Shown: piece after piece, positions 24,801 through 35,285 of the stretch
How positions within the stretch are numbered: position 1 is the stretch's first letter
Layout: each line of letters opens with the position of its first letter
From: a virus
Length of the DNA: 64,000 nucleotides
Strand: one strand, 5' to 3'
Virus record (IMG/VR): IMGVR_UViG_3300002307_000027
Coordinates: 51,970 to 115,969 of that record
The notes under the pieces: model-generated
What the model was told of the DNA's origin: nothing
The model's database searches: none
The model's input: only the letters and a program-made list of their open reading frames with translations
Position numbers and translations under genes: made by a program

Positions 24801-26202
24801 TAGATCCCATATTGCCGAGCAGTTCTCTCAGCTTACTGCTCCCAACATTAGCTCTCACCTTGGCCATTTCTCTTATAGGATCAGCTTCTTGCTTCTGTGC
24901 AGGTGTTACAGTAGTCCTGTTCTTGATGCTTTCAGCGATGCGATTGCGACCACCTGTTGGATTGCTATCTTCTTCTGCTTCATCACAGTCTGTGATTCTC
25001 AGTGTATCTGGATCAAACGCTAGATCAACCTTCTGTCCAACACCACTGCTGCTTCGTGTCTTCATAAACTGTATCTGATAACGCCCACGCTCGCGCATGG
25101 CCCTACTAGTAAAGATACCGATCACGTTATCTGCTGTCTGGATCTTAGATAGTCCACCACTGATATGGCTGTGATCAAACTCTACTTCTTCCACTGCTGC
25201 TCTGTTCAGCTGGCTTGCTGTTACAGTGATAGCACCAATCTCCATAGCAAAGTTACGCAGTTCTTCACTTACGTACTTGTCCTTAATGAATAGATTCTCG
25301 GGACTGATCTTGATTGAGATTGGCATCAGTAGATCTAGATAATCAATTAGGATAACATCCGGAGTATGTCCCTTGCGTATGCTATACTCTTTAACATATG
25401 CGCGGAGATCATTAACGTTCTTACCGCTTGGCATATACTTGACCTGTATAGCACCACTGCGCTTACCTGCTACTCGGACCTTAAGCTCTACTTCGTCGAT
25501 GCTTTTAAAGATCTCTCGGGTAGTAATGCCTGTGATCATACTGTCAATACGCATACTAGTCAGTGCTTCACTAAGTTCTAGTGTCACGTATAGCACGTTA
25601 AGACCAACACTAGCAAAGTTAACAGCTAGATTCTGTAGGAATAGACTCTTACCTGCACCTGACCCGCCACAGAAGATGTTGAGTTCACCTCTATTGAATC
25701 CGCCATACAGCTTCTGATCAACTGCCTTCCATCCCGTGCTTAACTGTCCGTTATTGTCTTTGAGCATTAGCAGCCGCGCCCTAGGATCGGCAAAGTAGTC
25801 TGTGCCCATATCTTTAGCCAGGCTTATCTGTACAGCATCCTTGATCATCTTCTCTACTGGACCATATTCGCCCTTCTCAAGTAGATCAGCACTGGCTAGG
25901 ATAGCTCTCTCTAGAGCTTTATGCCTGCTAAAGCGTTCAAACTCGTCTAGCAACCATTCATAGTTCTCCTTCGGAACATCTGTAGCATCTGCTAGATCCA
26001 TACTGGTCTCGGCTTTGATAATGCGCAGCTCAGGCATTACCTTGTACTTGTCAACATAGGTCTTTAGATACTCTGCCGTAGGCTTCAGTCTGCGATCAAA
26101 ATTCTCACTGTCAAATATGTTCTGACAGCGCACAAACGTCTCTGCGTCTGCCAAGAACATTTCGAGATAAAGTTTCTGTATGTCGTAATTATAATCTGCC
26201 AT
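24784..26202 (-). CDS. Replicative DnaB-like helicase (T4 gp41-like)
   Basis: GGSGAGKS Walker A, IDYLDL, ASQLNR. Confidence 0.95.
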   Translation of the reverse strand: MADYNYDIQKLYLEMFLADAETFVRCQNIFDSENFDRRLKPTAEYLKTYVDKYKVMPELRIIKAETSMDLADATDVPKENYEWLLDEFERFSRHKALERAILASADLLEKGEYGPVEKMIKDAVQISLAKDMGTDYFADPRARLLMLKDNNGQLSTGWKAVDQKLYGGFNRGELNIFCGGSGAGKSLFLQNLAVNFASVGLNVLYVTLELSEALTSMRIDSMITGITTREIFKSIDEVELKVRVAGKRSGAIQVKYMPSGKNVNDLRAYVKEYSIRKGHTPDVILIDYLDLLMPISIKISPENLFIKDKYVSEELRNFAMEIGAITVTASQLNRAAVEEVEFDHSHISGGLSKIQTADNVIGIFTSRAMRERGRYQIQFMKTRSSSGVGQKVDLAFDPDTLRITDCDEAEEDSNPTGGRNRIAESIKNRTTVTPAQKQEADPIREMAKVRANVGSSKLRELLGNMGSNEEDL

Positions 26203-26238
26203 AGTTTATTATACTATCTCCCCTGTGGTATAGCAATC

Positions 26239-27696
26239 TTATTTTTCGTATGTGTGTACGTTAACACCGTAGTGCAGACTAAATCCCTTGGCACCAAACT
26301 GATCGTTAACAATAGGTTGTCCTTTGATATTGAGGCTAGTGTTTAACAGTACGGGACAACCTGTAAGTTCATACCATTCTTCTAGCAGTATGCGTAGCCC
26401 GTGATTGCTCATTGGCATAGTCTGAACCCTGCAGGTCCCGTCGATATGCATCGCAGCAGGGATAGCTTCTGGCTTCAAACACTTGGCTGCATACTGCATA
26501 TATCTAGAATTAACATTTAGATCAAAGTATTCGTCAGCAAACTCTTCTAGTATAACAGGAGCAAATGGTCGGAATGCTTGCCTCTGTTTGATAGCGTTGA
26601 CTTTGTCTTTCATATCTAGTGTTCGTGGATCTGCTAGTAGACTGCGATTTCCAAGTGCCCTAGGACCAAACTCTGCACGACCATTTGCGACACCAACTAT
26701 CCCCCCGTCTACTAGATCTGCTAGGCTTTTCTTTATCGGATAGTTTCCTCCGATAGGATATCCCCAGAAGCAGTCGTTCCACTTTATACGCTTCTTACGA
26801 TGTGCTAGTGCTGCACCCACTGCTGATCCGCTGTCTCCAGGATTAGGAAATATCCAAACATTCTTAAATTGCTTTAATGCTAGCGTATTAGCTACACAGT
26901 TTAGCACACATCCGCCTGCTAGAGCTAGGTTAGTATTGCTAGCATAGTGTCTAGCTATCATTAGTAGCTTTTTAAATTCTGTTTCATATATCCATTGTGT
27001 GGCGGCTGCTATATCAAATAGATCCTGTGCGGCAGTTAGTTCGGGCGCCCAGTTACGACAGCCTTTATGTAGATTTTTGTGTACTCCATTCTTATCGAAT
27101 AGGTCATTGTACATACGCTCACGTAGCCTATCTGGATCACCGTATGCTGCCATACCCATGAGTATGTATTCATCTTCTTGTGGCTTTAGTCCGATGCGCT
27201 GTGTCATAGCACTATAGAATAATCCAAGACTATTTGGATAGTTCCTAGTCCATACTTTCTTTAATCCTAATTCTTTGGCTTTCCATATGCTAACTGTATT
27301 CCATTCTCCGATACTGTCAACTACTAATATAGTGCCTTCATCAAACGGTGCAGTATAATAAGCAGCAGCAGCGTGTGATAGATGATGGTCAGTATAATTG
27401 ATCCTGCAAGTGATATCTCGATCACTTAGATACTTCTTGATATCGTTATCACGATACTTCCATCCTTGTCCTGCCCATAACTGCCTTAGTGTCTTGCTAA
27501 ATGGTCTCTCATACCAATAGACTTCTTTTGGATCACCGTATTTTTGTTTGAGATATTGTACCATTAATGATGGTATATGGGCATCGTTTTTTATCCCACT
27601 GAACCGTTCTGTCTGGCTAGCAAACAACAGACAGTCGTTATCAAATACTGCTATAGCAGCGTCGTGGCTATTAGCCGATATACCCCAGGTAATCAT
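26239..27696 (-). CDS. Carbamoyltransferase (NodU/CmcH/TobZ family)
   Basis: HDAAIA, ERFSGIKND, HHLSHAA, EFGPRALGNRS, RPFAP, LLNTSLN. Confidence 0.95.
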   Translation of the reverse strand: MITWGISANSHDAAIAVFDNDCLLFASQTERFSGIKNDAHIPSLMVQYLKQKYGDPKEVYWYERPFSKTLRQLWAGQGWKYRDNDIKKYLSDRDITCRINYTDHHLSHAAAAYYTAPFDEGTILVVDSIGEWNTVSIWKAKELGLKKVWTRNYPNSLGLFYSAMTQRIGLKPQEDEYILMGMAAYGDPDRLRERMYNDLFDKNGVHKNLHKGCRNWAPELTAAQDLFDIAAATQWIYETEFKKLLMIARHYASNTNLALAGGCVLNCVANTLALKQFKNVWIFPNPGDSGSAVGAALAHRKKRIKWNDCFWGYPIGGNYPIKKSLADLVDGGIVGVANGRAEFGPRALGNRSLLADPRTLDMKDKVNAIKQRQAFRPFAPVILEEFADEYFDLNVNSRYMQYAAKCLKPEAIPAAMHIDGTCRVQTMPMSNHGLRILLEEWYELTGCPVLLNTSLNIKGQPIVNDQFGAKGFSLHYGVNVHTYEK

Positions 27697-27818
27697 TTGT
27701 AAATGAAAGGGTCCCGGGCCCTGAGTTCTGCTAGCCTCTTCTTAAGCTTTCGTTTCTGTAGATAATCTTTAATAGGCCAAAATAACAGATCCCATAGATT
27801 TTTTAAGAAGGGTTTCAT
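27693..27818 (-). CDS. Small carbamoyltransferase-associated peptide (ends DPFIY; DUF5989/SxtK-like)
   Basis: MKPFLKNLW...RDPFIYK; ATGA-coupled on both sides. Confidence 0.65.
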   Translation of the reverse strand: MKPFLKNLWDLLFWPIKDYLQKRKLKKRLAELRARDPFIYK

Positions 27819-28777
27819 AGTTTCATCCTCAGTTTGATTTTTAAATCGCTAGACTCAACAGCGTTGACTATACTTATCATGGTGGCGAGCCTGCCGTATT
27901 TCAAAACGGCATCAGCAGCGTCCTTAACATCATCTGTCCACTCAGGAAAAGTTACACTCCAGCCTAGATCTATTGCCTGTCGAATCATTGACTCTCCGGC
28001 TTTATCTCTATCAGGTACTACGATAACTTGCCTACCTAAACTGTTAATCTGTTGTGCTTGCTCTGCTGATATCTCATTAGTAAGCACTGCTACTCCATCT
28101 AACAGTATAGCATCAATGCTGCCTTCAAACACTAGCACAAACTTTCGATCATATCCCTGCCTGTCTAGGTTAAAGACTATGTGTGCAGGATGTTCTGTTA
28201 GATACTTTGGATTACCGTTTCCGCATTTTCGGGCGATGTAGCCAACGGGTTTATGATCTACTGTTAATGGTATTATGAATCGATCTGCATAACGCTCACT
28301 CCAATAGAAATCTCTATCCTCTAGAGTTAATCCTCTAGAGTAGATATATTCAACTACAGGTAGTACACGGTCTTCACGAGTTATTAGATCAACATCTATC
28401 CTTTGGCTATTGGGAGGAAAATCACGCGGTACAAATACAGGTAGAGTTATAATGCCGTCAACTGTTTGTTTACCTGATTCTATCTTTAAACATTCAAACG
28501 CTATGCGATTGATCTGGTCATCCGATGCACCGTTCCAACGGAACAGATCTTTCATACGTGTTCCTAGATTCCTACCCGGTCTCCAACTGGCTTTCCATCC
28601 ACAGTTAAAGCAATGATAGCTTACACCGTTATCATCAGTGCGCTTTATTCCTCCGCGCTTCTTTGTATCTCGGCTCTCACCATTGTGTATACAACAAGGT
28701 GCGTTAAAGCTAGTCCACCCGTTAGGTGTAGACTTCTTGTTAGGCACGAGTGCTAAAAGTTCGTCATGGAGGTCCAT
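27815..28777 (-). CDS. DNA primase (zinc-binding plus TOPRIM)
   Basis: YHCFNCG, FEGSIDA, PDRDKAG. Confidence 0.92.
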   Translation of the reverse strand: MDLHDELLALVPNKKSTPNGWTSFNAPCCIHNGESRDTKKRGGIKRTDDNGVSYHCFNCGWKASWRPGRNLGTRMKDLFRWNGASDDQINRIAFECLKIESGKQTVDGIITLPVFVPRDFPPNSQRIDVDLITREDRVLPVVEYIYSRGLTLEDRDFYWSERYADRFIIPLTVDHKPVGYIARKCGNGNPKYLTEHPAHIVFNLDRQGYDRKFVLVFEGSIDAILLDGVAVLTNEISAEQAQQINSLGRQVIVVPDRDKAGESMIRQAIDLGWSVTFPEWTDDVKDAADAVLKYGRLATMISIVNAVESSDLKIKLRMKL

Positions 28778-28786
28778 GCTTTTATA

Positions 28787-29584
28787 TTAGCTTCTATATA
28801 AGATTTTGTCAACTGTTCCTGTGTTGTTATTATTAGGAATAATGCGGAATCTAACAAATCCAAACACACCGTTAAAATTATAGTAGCCAATAGACTGGCT
28901 ATCAGTTATTGATACAGTATCTAATGTACTCCAATTAACTATATCTCCGATAGCGTTCTCTAATGTTACTTCTATGTTGATAGAGCCATTAAATCCGCTA
29001 GCATAAAACACTGCGGTGTGAAGTGCATTGTTGGTACTGTTTTTTTCTGGATCAGCATATATGGCACTAGTGTATTTACTGTTATCCGGGTTTTGGTAGT
29101 TTAGTTGTTCGCTAGTAAAGAAATCGGTTATAGACACCGATGGTAACACTTGTGGAAAATGATTAGAGTATACTTCTACAGCTACGCTAGGCCCAAATTG
29201 ACTGTCTCCGTAAAGTATTGATCTAGATCCATCTGGAGCTACTAGATATGTGCTGTAGATATACTTTCCGCTTTTAATAACTTCTAAATCTGCCTCAGGC
29301 ATTGTTAACCTAACTAGGCTATTTTCACTACCATTGAGGGTATATTGCATTTCATAGATTAGTTCACTAGTATCTTGATCTAGTAACAACCAATAGAGGG
29401 TAGATCCAACAACGTTTAACAATTTCTGATCAGCATTTAATAGCCTCAGTTCAAAGGTATTATCAATACCCTTGTATAGTTTTAAAGTCCTTGAATACAT
29501 CTTTTTATACCCTGTTTGAACAGAATCCAAATTAGAGTAAAGGTCTTGGCGATTTGGGTATAAATACGCGGACTGTTTAATCAT
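28787..29584 (-). CDS. Virion structural protein
   Basis: Beta-rich; late promoter ATAAATA at 29604-29610. Confidence 0.65.
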   Translation of the reverse strand: MIKQSAYLYPNRQDLYSNLDSVQTGYKKMYSRTLKLYKGIDNTFELRLLNADQKLLNVVGSTLYWLLLDQDTSELIYEMQYTLNGSENSLVRLTMPEADLEVIKSGKYIYSTYLVAPDGSRSILYGDSQFGPSVAVEVYSNHFPQVLPSVSITDFFTSEQLNYQNPDNSKYTSAIYADPEKNSTNNALHTAVFYASGFNGSINIEVTLENAIGDIVNWSTLDTVSITDSQSIGYYNFNGVFGFVRFRIIPNNNNTGTVDKILYRS

Positions 29585-29608
29585 CAGTGAGGATCCTTTT
29601 TTATATTT

Positions 29609-29980
29609 ATGACTAATTTAGCTGAAAAGATACAAGATCAATTCCCATTTATAACTATTCTTACTTATGGCAATCAAGAGTACGTTTGTATAGTGATAAA
29701 CCAAGACAATAGCATCACCAGTATATATGACTACAACATATTAAAAACTGACGATGACAAAAGACTTTTCCTCGAAATGGGAGATACATGGTGGTGGGAA
29801 TCAAATAGATTAATTCCTATAAACATATATCTCCGCAAAGAGATGGAGTATTTTAAATACGCCATAAAGAATTTTAGTACCAAAGATGTAGCTGTTAGTT
29901 TTGGTCCTGTAGTTAACTTACACAATATAATGTTAAAACGTGTTAAGCGTAGACACGTACAATTAGTTAGGCGCCGTTAA
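29609..29980 (+). CDS. Conserved hypothetical protein
   Basis: 123-aa ORF divergent from the previous gene. Confidence 0.75.
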   Translation: MTNLAEKIQDQFPFITILTYGNQEYVCIVINQDNSITSIYDYNILKTDDDKRLFLEMGDTWWWESNRLIPINIYLRKEMEYFKYAIKNFSTKDVAVSFGPVVNLHNIMLKRVKRRHVQLVRRR

Positions 29981-30541
29981 CAACTGTTCACATATTAGAT
30001 TAAGTTGTACAACAATAGCACAGGCATATGCTACAGCGTGTGATTTTTTAAAAAAGTATTGATCGCCCTCGACGGGTTTATCCCAAACTGTATCCATTAT
30101 TTCATCCCAAGACTTATTAACTAGATTCCGTTTAGCTGGACGTATGATTGCCAATACTGCTGCTAGCTGTTCTATACTAGTTGGTTTTAGTTTACTCACT
30201 AGATCATAATGGGCATTAATGTGGAATAACTTTTCTACGATTTCTCTGTGTTCTAATAGACTCCACAGCGGAGTTACATTCAATAAACGCTTTAAATGAT
30301 CTTCATCCTCAACACCATCGTATATACTGACATTGAGAAAATCTATTTTAAAATAACCTCTATCCTCTGCTGTTTCATAATCTATCGTAGATATATTAGT
30401 AAAAGCATCGTGCGGGATCTCTTGCACGTAGACTCCGGTGTTATGTTTAATAGATTTTCCTTTATCTTTCCGCATAGCAACTCGATGATCGATGAGATCG
30501 AGTATCTTGTTCCTGTCGGAAAAATCAATGTCAATATCCAT
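29963..30541 (-). CDS. Miniature DNA polymerase III alpha (DnaE)-like protein
   Basis: DIDIDF, KHNTGV, GYFKIDFL, IIRP and FKKSHAVAY motifs within 192 aa. Confidence 0.8.
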   Translation of the reverse strand: MDIDIDFSDRNKILDLIDHRVAMRKDKGKSIKHNTGVYVQEIPHDAFTNISTIDYETAEDRGYFKIDFLNVSIYDGVEDEDHLKRLLNVTPLWSLLEHREIVEKLFHINAHYDLVSKLKPTSIEQLAAVLAIIRPAKRNLVNKSWDEIMDTVWDKPVEGDQYFFKKSHAVAYACAIVVQLNLICEQLLTAPN

Positions 30542-30735
30542 TAGTGATGTACTTCGCTATTGTAAAGTATTAAAGGTAAGTAGCTTTTCATATATTCCGC
30601 AAATTGTTTCATCTGCTCTGCATTATCAAAGCCAGTAAATTTTATATATAAGGCTTCTTCAGCTTCGCTAGTATAGAGATTGTATTTTAAATCAACTTCT
30701 TCGCAGGAACTTTTTTCCATAGTATCTATATACAT
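30541..30735 (-). CDS. Hypothetical protein
   Basis: TAATG coupling on both sides. Confidence 0.7.
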   Translation of the reverse strand: MYIDTMEKSSCEEVDLKYNLYTSEAEEALYIKFTGFDNAEQMKQFAEYMKSYLPLILYNSEVHH

Positions 30736-31469
30736 TAAATCCTCGCTTCCTTGATAAGGTTTTTTATAAATTCGAGGTCTAACAAGTGAGTCTTAAAACG
30801 TTCATTCCAAAAATTTAAATCTATCATCGGAGCAATAGTTTGAAGCTGATCGTCTGTCATCTTCTTAAGTGCTGCTATTCCATTATCTGAATTTAACATT
30901 ACCCAAGGACTAATCTTGCCATCCCGCACGTCATAAGTTATTCTATTAAGATTAGCATATAAAAAATAATGATTCCACTGTGCGTCGTTTTTCTCTCCCC
31001 AATCGCACATAGTATTTATCGTACGTTCGCTAGCTGACTCTACTTGCTCTGTCTTTATTAAGTCTAATACATATTTGTCATATAGTTCTTCTCTACACCA
31101 TTTGTCTAATGCTACTCCGCTCTTGACGATCCAATCGATATAACGATCCGGGTAAAGCGGATTAACATTACTCATAAAGCTCCCAAACTTTACGAATGCG
31201 TTGTAATACGGGCTCTTGCAGAAATCTTCATAAGTTTTTTCTTCTCGGCTGTTCTGTGTAGTTTTATAGAAACGGTTATACACATAGAATCCACTCTGGA
31301 CCCTGCGCTCATCCTTCTGCATATACCTACGCTTGGGCTCACACATATGTACCGCTAAGGTCTTTTCCTTAACGAATCCTTTTCCACAAAATCTACAACT
31401 ATGATCAGAGATCTTTAAGTTCCTTTTCTTCCCAGCCGAGTTCTCTAGCGATTGCTTTAATTTCATCAT
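30735..31469 (-). CDS. Zinc-finger-containing conserved phage protein
   Basis: CRFCGKGF...HMC; start uncertain. Confidence 0.75.
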   Translation of the reverse strand: MMKLKQSLENSAGKKRNLKISDHSCRFCGKGFVKEKTLAVHMCEPKRRYMQKDERRVQSGFYVYNRFYKTTQNSREEKTYEDFCKSPYYNAFVKFGSFMSNVNPLYPDRYIDWIVKSGVALDKWCREELYDKYVLDLIKTEQVESASERTINTMCDWGEKNDAQWNHYFLYANLNRITYDVRDGKISPWVMLNSDNGIAALKKMTDDQLQTIAPMIDLNFWNERFKTHLLDLEFIKNLIKEARI

Positions 31470-31878
31470 TTGTGTTTATTTCCGCCAATAGCTCTAGTTC
31501 GTCTTGTTTCATATTAGGGTATAATGATTCTAATATCTTTAGTTTTTTTCCTAAGCCTTTCTTCTTACCCGACGGCGCTCCCATCCATTCGTGGAAGAAA
31601 ACCGTCTTAGCATCATAGTTACACATACACAGCAGCTGCCATAGTAACTTAGGATGCTTGCTTAGTTCAAACCAATTTTTATTGTACAGTTGATTTACAG
31701 CAAGAACATAATGTTCTGCTTGTTCACGTTTGTTTGTCTTAACACTACTAGCATATCTATTTAATATCCATAGTTCGCTTTTTAGCGCCTTTTGTTGATC
31801 TTCATCGAGCTCGTCCCAAAGAGATTTGCTATCTAGATCAATCGCTGCTATTATTTCTTTAAGAGGAATCTTTGTCAT
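31405..31878 (-). CDS. Clamp-loader small subunit (T4 gp62-like), tentative
   Basis: LNRYASS...KHPKLLWQLL pattern; replication-operon context. Confidence 0.5.
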   Translation of the reverse strand: MTKIPLKEIIAAIDLDSKSLWDELDEDQQKALKSELWILNRYASSVKTNKREQAEHYVLAVNQLYNKNWFELSKHPKLLWQLLCMCNYDAKTVFFHEWMGAPSGKKKGLGKKLKILESLYPNMKQDELELLAEINTNDEIKAIARELGWEEKELKDL

Positions 31879-32098
31879 CTTTAATAGTATAGTATATTAA
31901 TAGCAAATGATCAAGAGCTATTTTGATAGATGTGTTCGTTTCTGATAATTTTTTAATTTCAAACCAAGCAGCATATGAGAACAAATCAGCCCCAGCTGTT
32001 GATATTAGTTCTCGTTCTATTGACCCGGAAGTTCTTTTAAAGACAGTTTTGCCACCATCGGGTGATTCAAAAATAAAACCATCTTTGTCTTCTTCCAT
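31859..32098 (-). CDS. Hypothetical protein (IFESPDGGKTV)
   Basis: Motif common in T4-like phages. Confidence 0.75.
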   Translation of the reverse strand: MEEDKDGFIFESPDGGKTVFKRTSGSIERELISTAGADLFSYAAWFEIKKLSETNTSIKIALDHLLLIYYTIKDDKDSS

Positions 32099-32605
32099 TT
32101 ACATCAACTTTGCGTACTGTATTATCTCGCTCTGTCTACTTATATCTTTTACAAAGAATACACAAGGTGGTGAGTCGCCTTCTCTCAAAGGAACTGCTAA
32201 TAGCTGTCCGTTCTTCATTTTAGGAAAATACCATTTGAAATCCATATAGACATTAGTAATTTCTAATTCTAAAAAGCTAAACTTAAAGTCACTAATAGGA
32301 TTAAACACAAACGCATCAAACCCTCTGTTGGTTAAGCTAGTGAGAGATATAACTTCTAGATCATTGCCGCTCTCATGACAGCCTACTACTATGCTCCAGT
32401 CTAGGGGCATCTGTACTTCATATTTTCCTATACGTAGTACTACTGCTGGTGCATTAAAACTTTCTAAAAATACTAAGGGTATAAAGAAGAAATCGGGTTC
32501 GTTAGGATTGCTATTATCTAGTACGCTAAATCTTAAGTCTTCGTCTATCTCATCCGGTAAGTTGTTTAAGTTGAAAGCTTTATTGTCTAATGTTAATATC
32601 TGCAT
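32099..32605 (-). CDS. Conserved hypothetical protein
   Basis: 168-aa ORF in the operon. Confidence 0.85.
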   Translation of the reverse strand: MQILTLDNKAFNLNNLPDEIDEDLRFSVLDNSNPNEPDFFFIPLVFLESFNAPAVVLRIGKYEVQMPLDWSIVVGCHESGNDLEVISLTSLTNRGFDAFVFNPISDFKFSFLELEITNVYMDFKWYFPKMKNGQLLAVPLREGDSPPCVFFVKDISRQSEIIQYAKLM

Positions 32606-32617
32606 TTTATTCTCACT

Positions 32618-34066
32618 TTAAATATCTGTCTTTATAACTACGAAAGGATATTTCGCGTCCTTATAAAATTTCTTACGTTCTGTAAGATGTCGTTTAGCAT
32701 ACTTGCAAGATGATGTTATGTCCCAGATCTGTACGAAGTCCTTGTCTTCTGCTTTTCTAATACCCCTTCCAATAGACTGGATAACTCGGACAAAGCTCTT
32801 TCCGGGTTCCAGCAGTACCAGATTAAAAATACGAGGAATATTAATGCCAACAGCAGCAACTCCATAGGTCGCAACAATAACCTTATCGTCGCTCGTTTTA
32901 ACCTCGTCATACTCATCTTTTCGATCTTTTGTTTTAACTTCTCCACTAACGAATACAGCATCTGGTATCCTTTCGATTAGCATTTTTCCAGTTTCAATTC
33001 TATTTACTAACACTAACGTATTACCAGTAGCTATTATATCTTTTATCTTTCCTGCCATCCAATCTAAACGATCTGGATCAGTGACTAGATATTTGTATTC
33101 ATCTGCGTAATTACGAAATTCTTTTATATCAGTTACTTGTAATACATTAACATGGCATTGGGCTAGAATACCCTTCTCTTGTAATTGATTGGCTGTTACT
33201 CTGTGTATAACTTCGCCGATTGAACAGCGTATAGATTCGTATTCAAACTTTTCTTTAGGAACAGTTCCAGTTAGCCCCCAGCGGATAGGAGCATTAGCAA
33301 AATTAACTGTTAGGAGTTTCTTTAACACATCTGCTTTTGCTTGATGGACTTCGTCGATGATAATAGCTGCTACACCTTCGGTAAATTCAGCTAGCGTTAG
33401 TGCTTCTGTATCGTGGCTCTTTTTATCTAGTATGTTTAGGCTTTGCCAAGTACAAATGGTGTGTGTCTTGTTAAGTTCTTTACGATCTCCGTAATAAACT
33501 CCAACATCTAATCCAACATTGCGATAATCTTCTTCTGTCTGTTCTACTAGGCTCTTGTTTGGAACGATAATCATCGTCCTGCCGTACTTCTCGCAAATCT
33601 TACTAAGTGTGGCAGTCATGATAGTTTTGCCAGCTCCAGTAGCAACTTCTTGCAATGCTTGAGAGTTTTCTAAAAAGTTATTAACTACTTCAACTTGATC
33701 GTCGCGCAATCTTATAAGTTCGCCTTCGAATCTATGACCTTTGGGCCAAACTTTATCTCCCCAAAAATCTTCAGCTATCTTTTCAAATTCAGTTGATTGA
33801 TGTGTTCTAAGATCTTCTACTTCTACTTCGTAGTCTAGATCTTCTAGTATAGGTAATATCTCATTTAGTTGATTGATATATCCTGTGCCGCCAACTCCAA
33901 AAAATGCGACACTACCATCCCATCTACCTAATCGATAGCTAGGTTGGTATCTTGCCCAAGGAACTTCAAATTTAAATTTATTTGCTAGCTTGCGTCTAGC
34001 TTCTAGACTGAGTCCTTCAAACTTAATGTTGACTTCATCTTTAATTACAAGTTTACAGGTTGACAA
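32618..34066 (-). CDS. uvsW: SF2 DNA helicase (UvsW-like)
   Basis: ATGAGKT, DEVH, LTGT, QSIGRGIR. Confidence 0.9.
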   Translation of the reverse strand: MSTCKLVIKDEVNIKFEGLSLEARRKLANKFKFEVPWARYQPSYRLGRWDGSVAFFGVGGTGYINQLNEILPILEDLDYEVEVEDLRTHQSTEFEKIAEDFWGDKVWPKGHRFEGELIRLRDDQVEVVNNFLENSQALQEVATGAGKTIMTATLSKICEKYGRTMIIVPNKSLVEQTEEDYRNVGLDVGVYYGDRKELNKTHTICTWQSLNILDKKSHDTEALTLAEFTEGVAAIIIDEVHQAKADVLKKLLTVNFANAPIRWGLTGTVPKEKFEYESIRCSIGEVIHRVTANQLQEKGILAQCHVNVLQVTDIKEFRNYADEYKYLVTDPDRLDWMAGKIKDIIATGNTLVLVNRIETGKMLIERIPDAVFVSGEVKTKDRKDEYDEVKTSDDKVIVATYGVAAVGINIPRIFNLVLLEPGKSFVRVIQSIGRGIRKAEDKDFVQIWDITSSCKYAKRHLTERKKFYKDAKYPFVVIKTDI

Positions 34067-34121
34067 TTATTTCTTCCAAACTAAATTAACTTCTATATAA
34101 TATATGTTACACTGCCAAAAG

Positions 34122-35285
34122 TCAACCACGATAATCGTCGGCGTTTTCAATATAAGTGATTGAAAGCGGATGATTCTTTACCATTTTCTGTATAGTAAAG
34201 TGTGCATAGTATTTGCATGATGATACTAAAACATTTGCTTCAAATTTTATCTTTGGTAGTATCTTAGGTAGTTTTGGTTTAATGAATACTACCTTTGTAT
34301 CATTGTTTATATTATTGTTTAGATTGCGAGACTTAATAAAGTCATTGAATTCTCTATCCTTGTCACTCCTAAATAATACAGACATCTGCTGATCTGTTAT
34401 TCCTAGATTTGATAAACTTATATACCAATTTTCTAAATCGTTAAACGTGGAAGGATTTTCTTCCATTATGATCATAACAGGCCAAGTTCCCATATGGAAC
34501 AGCATACTTGCTAGGTCGGCTATTGAATGTCTTTTAACATCTAAGAATATCCTGTTCTTATCTAATTCTAGATAAATTTTAATCATAGATGGTAGATCAT
34601 TGTCTGCATGGACTGCATTTAACAGTTCATTGGCTATTTTGATATTTAAGGATTTGGCTAAGAAAAGATTTGAAACAAGAGTATCTTTCTTGTTTTGATT
34701 AAAATACTTTTCTAGAGTTGGAGCACAATTCTTTAATGTTAAATCTTTATCCAACAACGGAAGATATAACTCAGGATTCTGTTTCACTGTCTTAATAGAT
34801 TCATACCATTCTAACAGTAATTCATCTATGATAAATCCCTCATCTTGGAAATTCGTTATCAGAGCATCTACGATATCTGGACGTATAGGAAATTCATATT
34901 GTTTGTTTTGTTTATCAAAAGACGAATGTGGTGATATCTTATACATAAGATTGTTTAGTTTATTGTTAAAGGGAAACTTAACAACGATCTTATCATTATT
35001 CTTTATAAAGATTTTCCTGGTATGATCAATTGATCTAAACTTATTTCGAAAAGTTGGGCTACCGATCGAATCTTTTATATCAATTAGAACAGCCAATTTA
35101 TCTTGATTTTCACGTAAAACTTTTAATAGAAGTTTAGATTGTCCTTCAGTCATTGACCCGCCATTACGTAGTTGCTTACCTATGTTATAGATGAGGCTAT
35201 AATCTCTAGGTGAAAGATCTGCGATGTCTATATTGTTTTTAGCATCAACTAGATATAAAACTAAATCTTCCATATAAAGCATCAT
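34122..35285 (-). CDS. Hypothetical protein
   Basis: 387-aa ORF in the operon. Confidence 0.8.
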   Translation of the reverse strand: MMLYMEDLVLYLVDAKNNIDIADLSPRDYSLIYNIGKQLRNGGSMTEGQSKLLLKVLRENQDKLAVLIDIKDSIGSPTFRNKFRSIDHTRKIFIKNNDKIVVKFPFNNKLNNLMYKISPHSSFDKQNKQYEFPIRPDIVDALITNFQDEGFIIDELLLEWYESIKTVKQNPELYLPLLDKDLTLKNCAPTLEKYFNQNKKDTLVSNLFLAKSLNIKIANELLNAVHADNDLPSMIKIYLELDKNRIFLDVKRHSIADLASMLFHMGTWPVMIIMEENPSTFNDLENWYISLSNLGITDQQMSVLFRSDKDREFNDFIKSRNLNNNINNDTKVVFIKPKLPKILPKIKFEANVLVSSCKYYAHFTIQKMVKNHPLSITYIENADDYRG

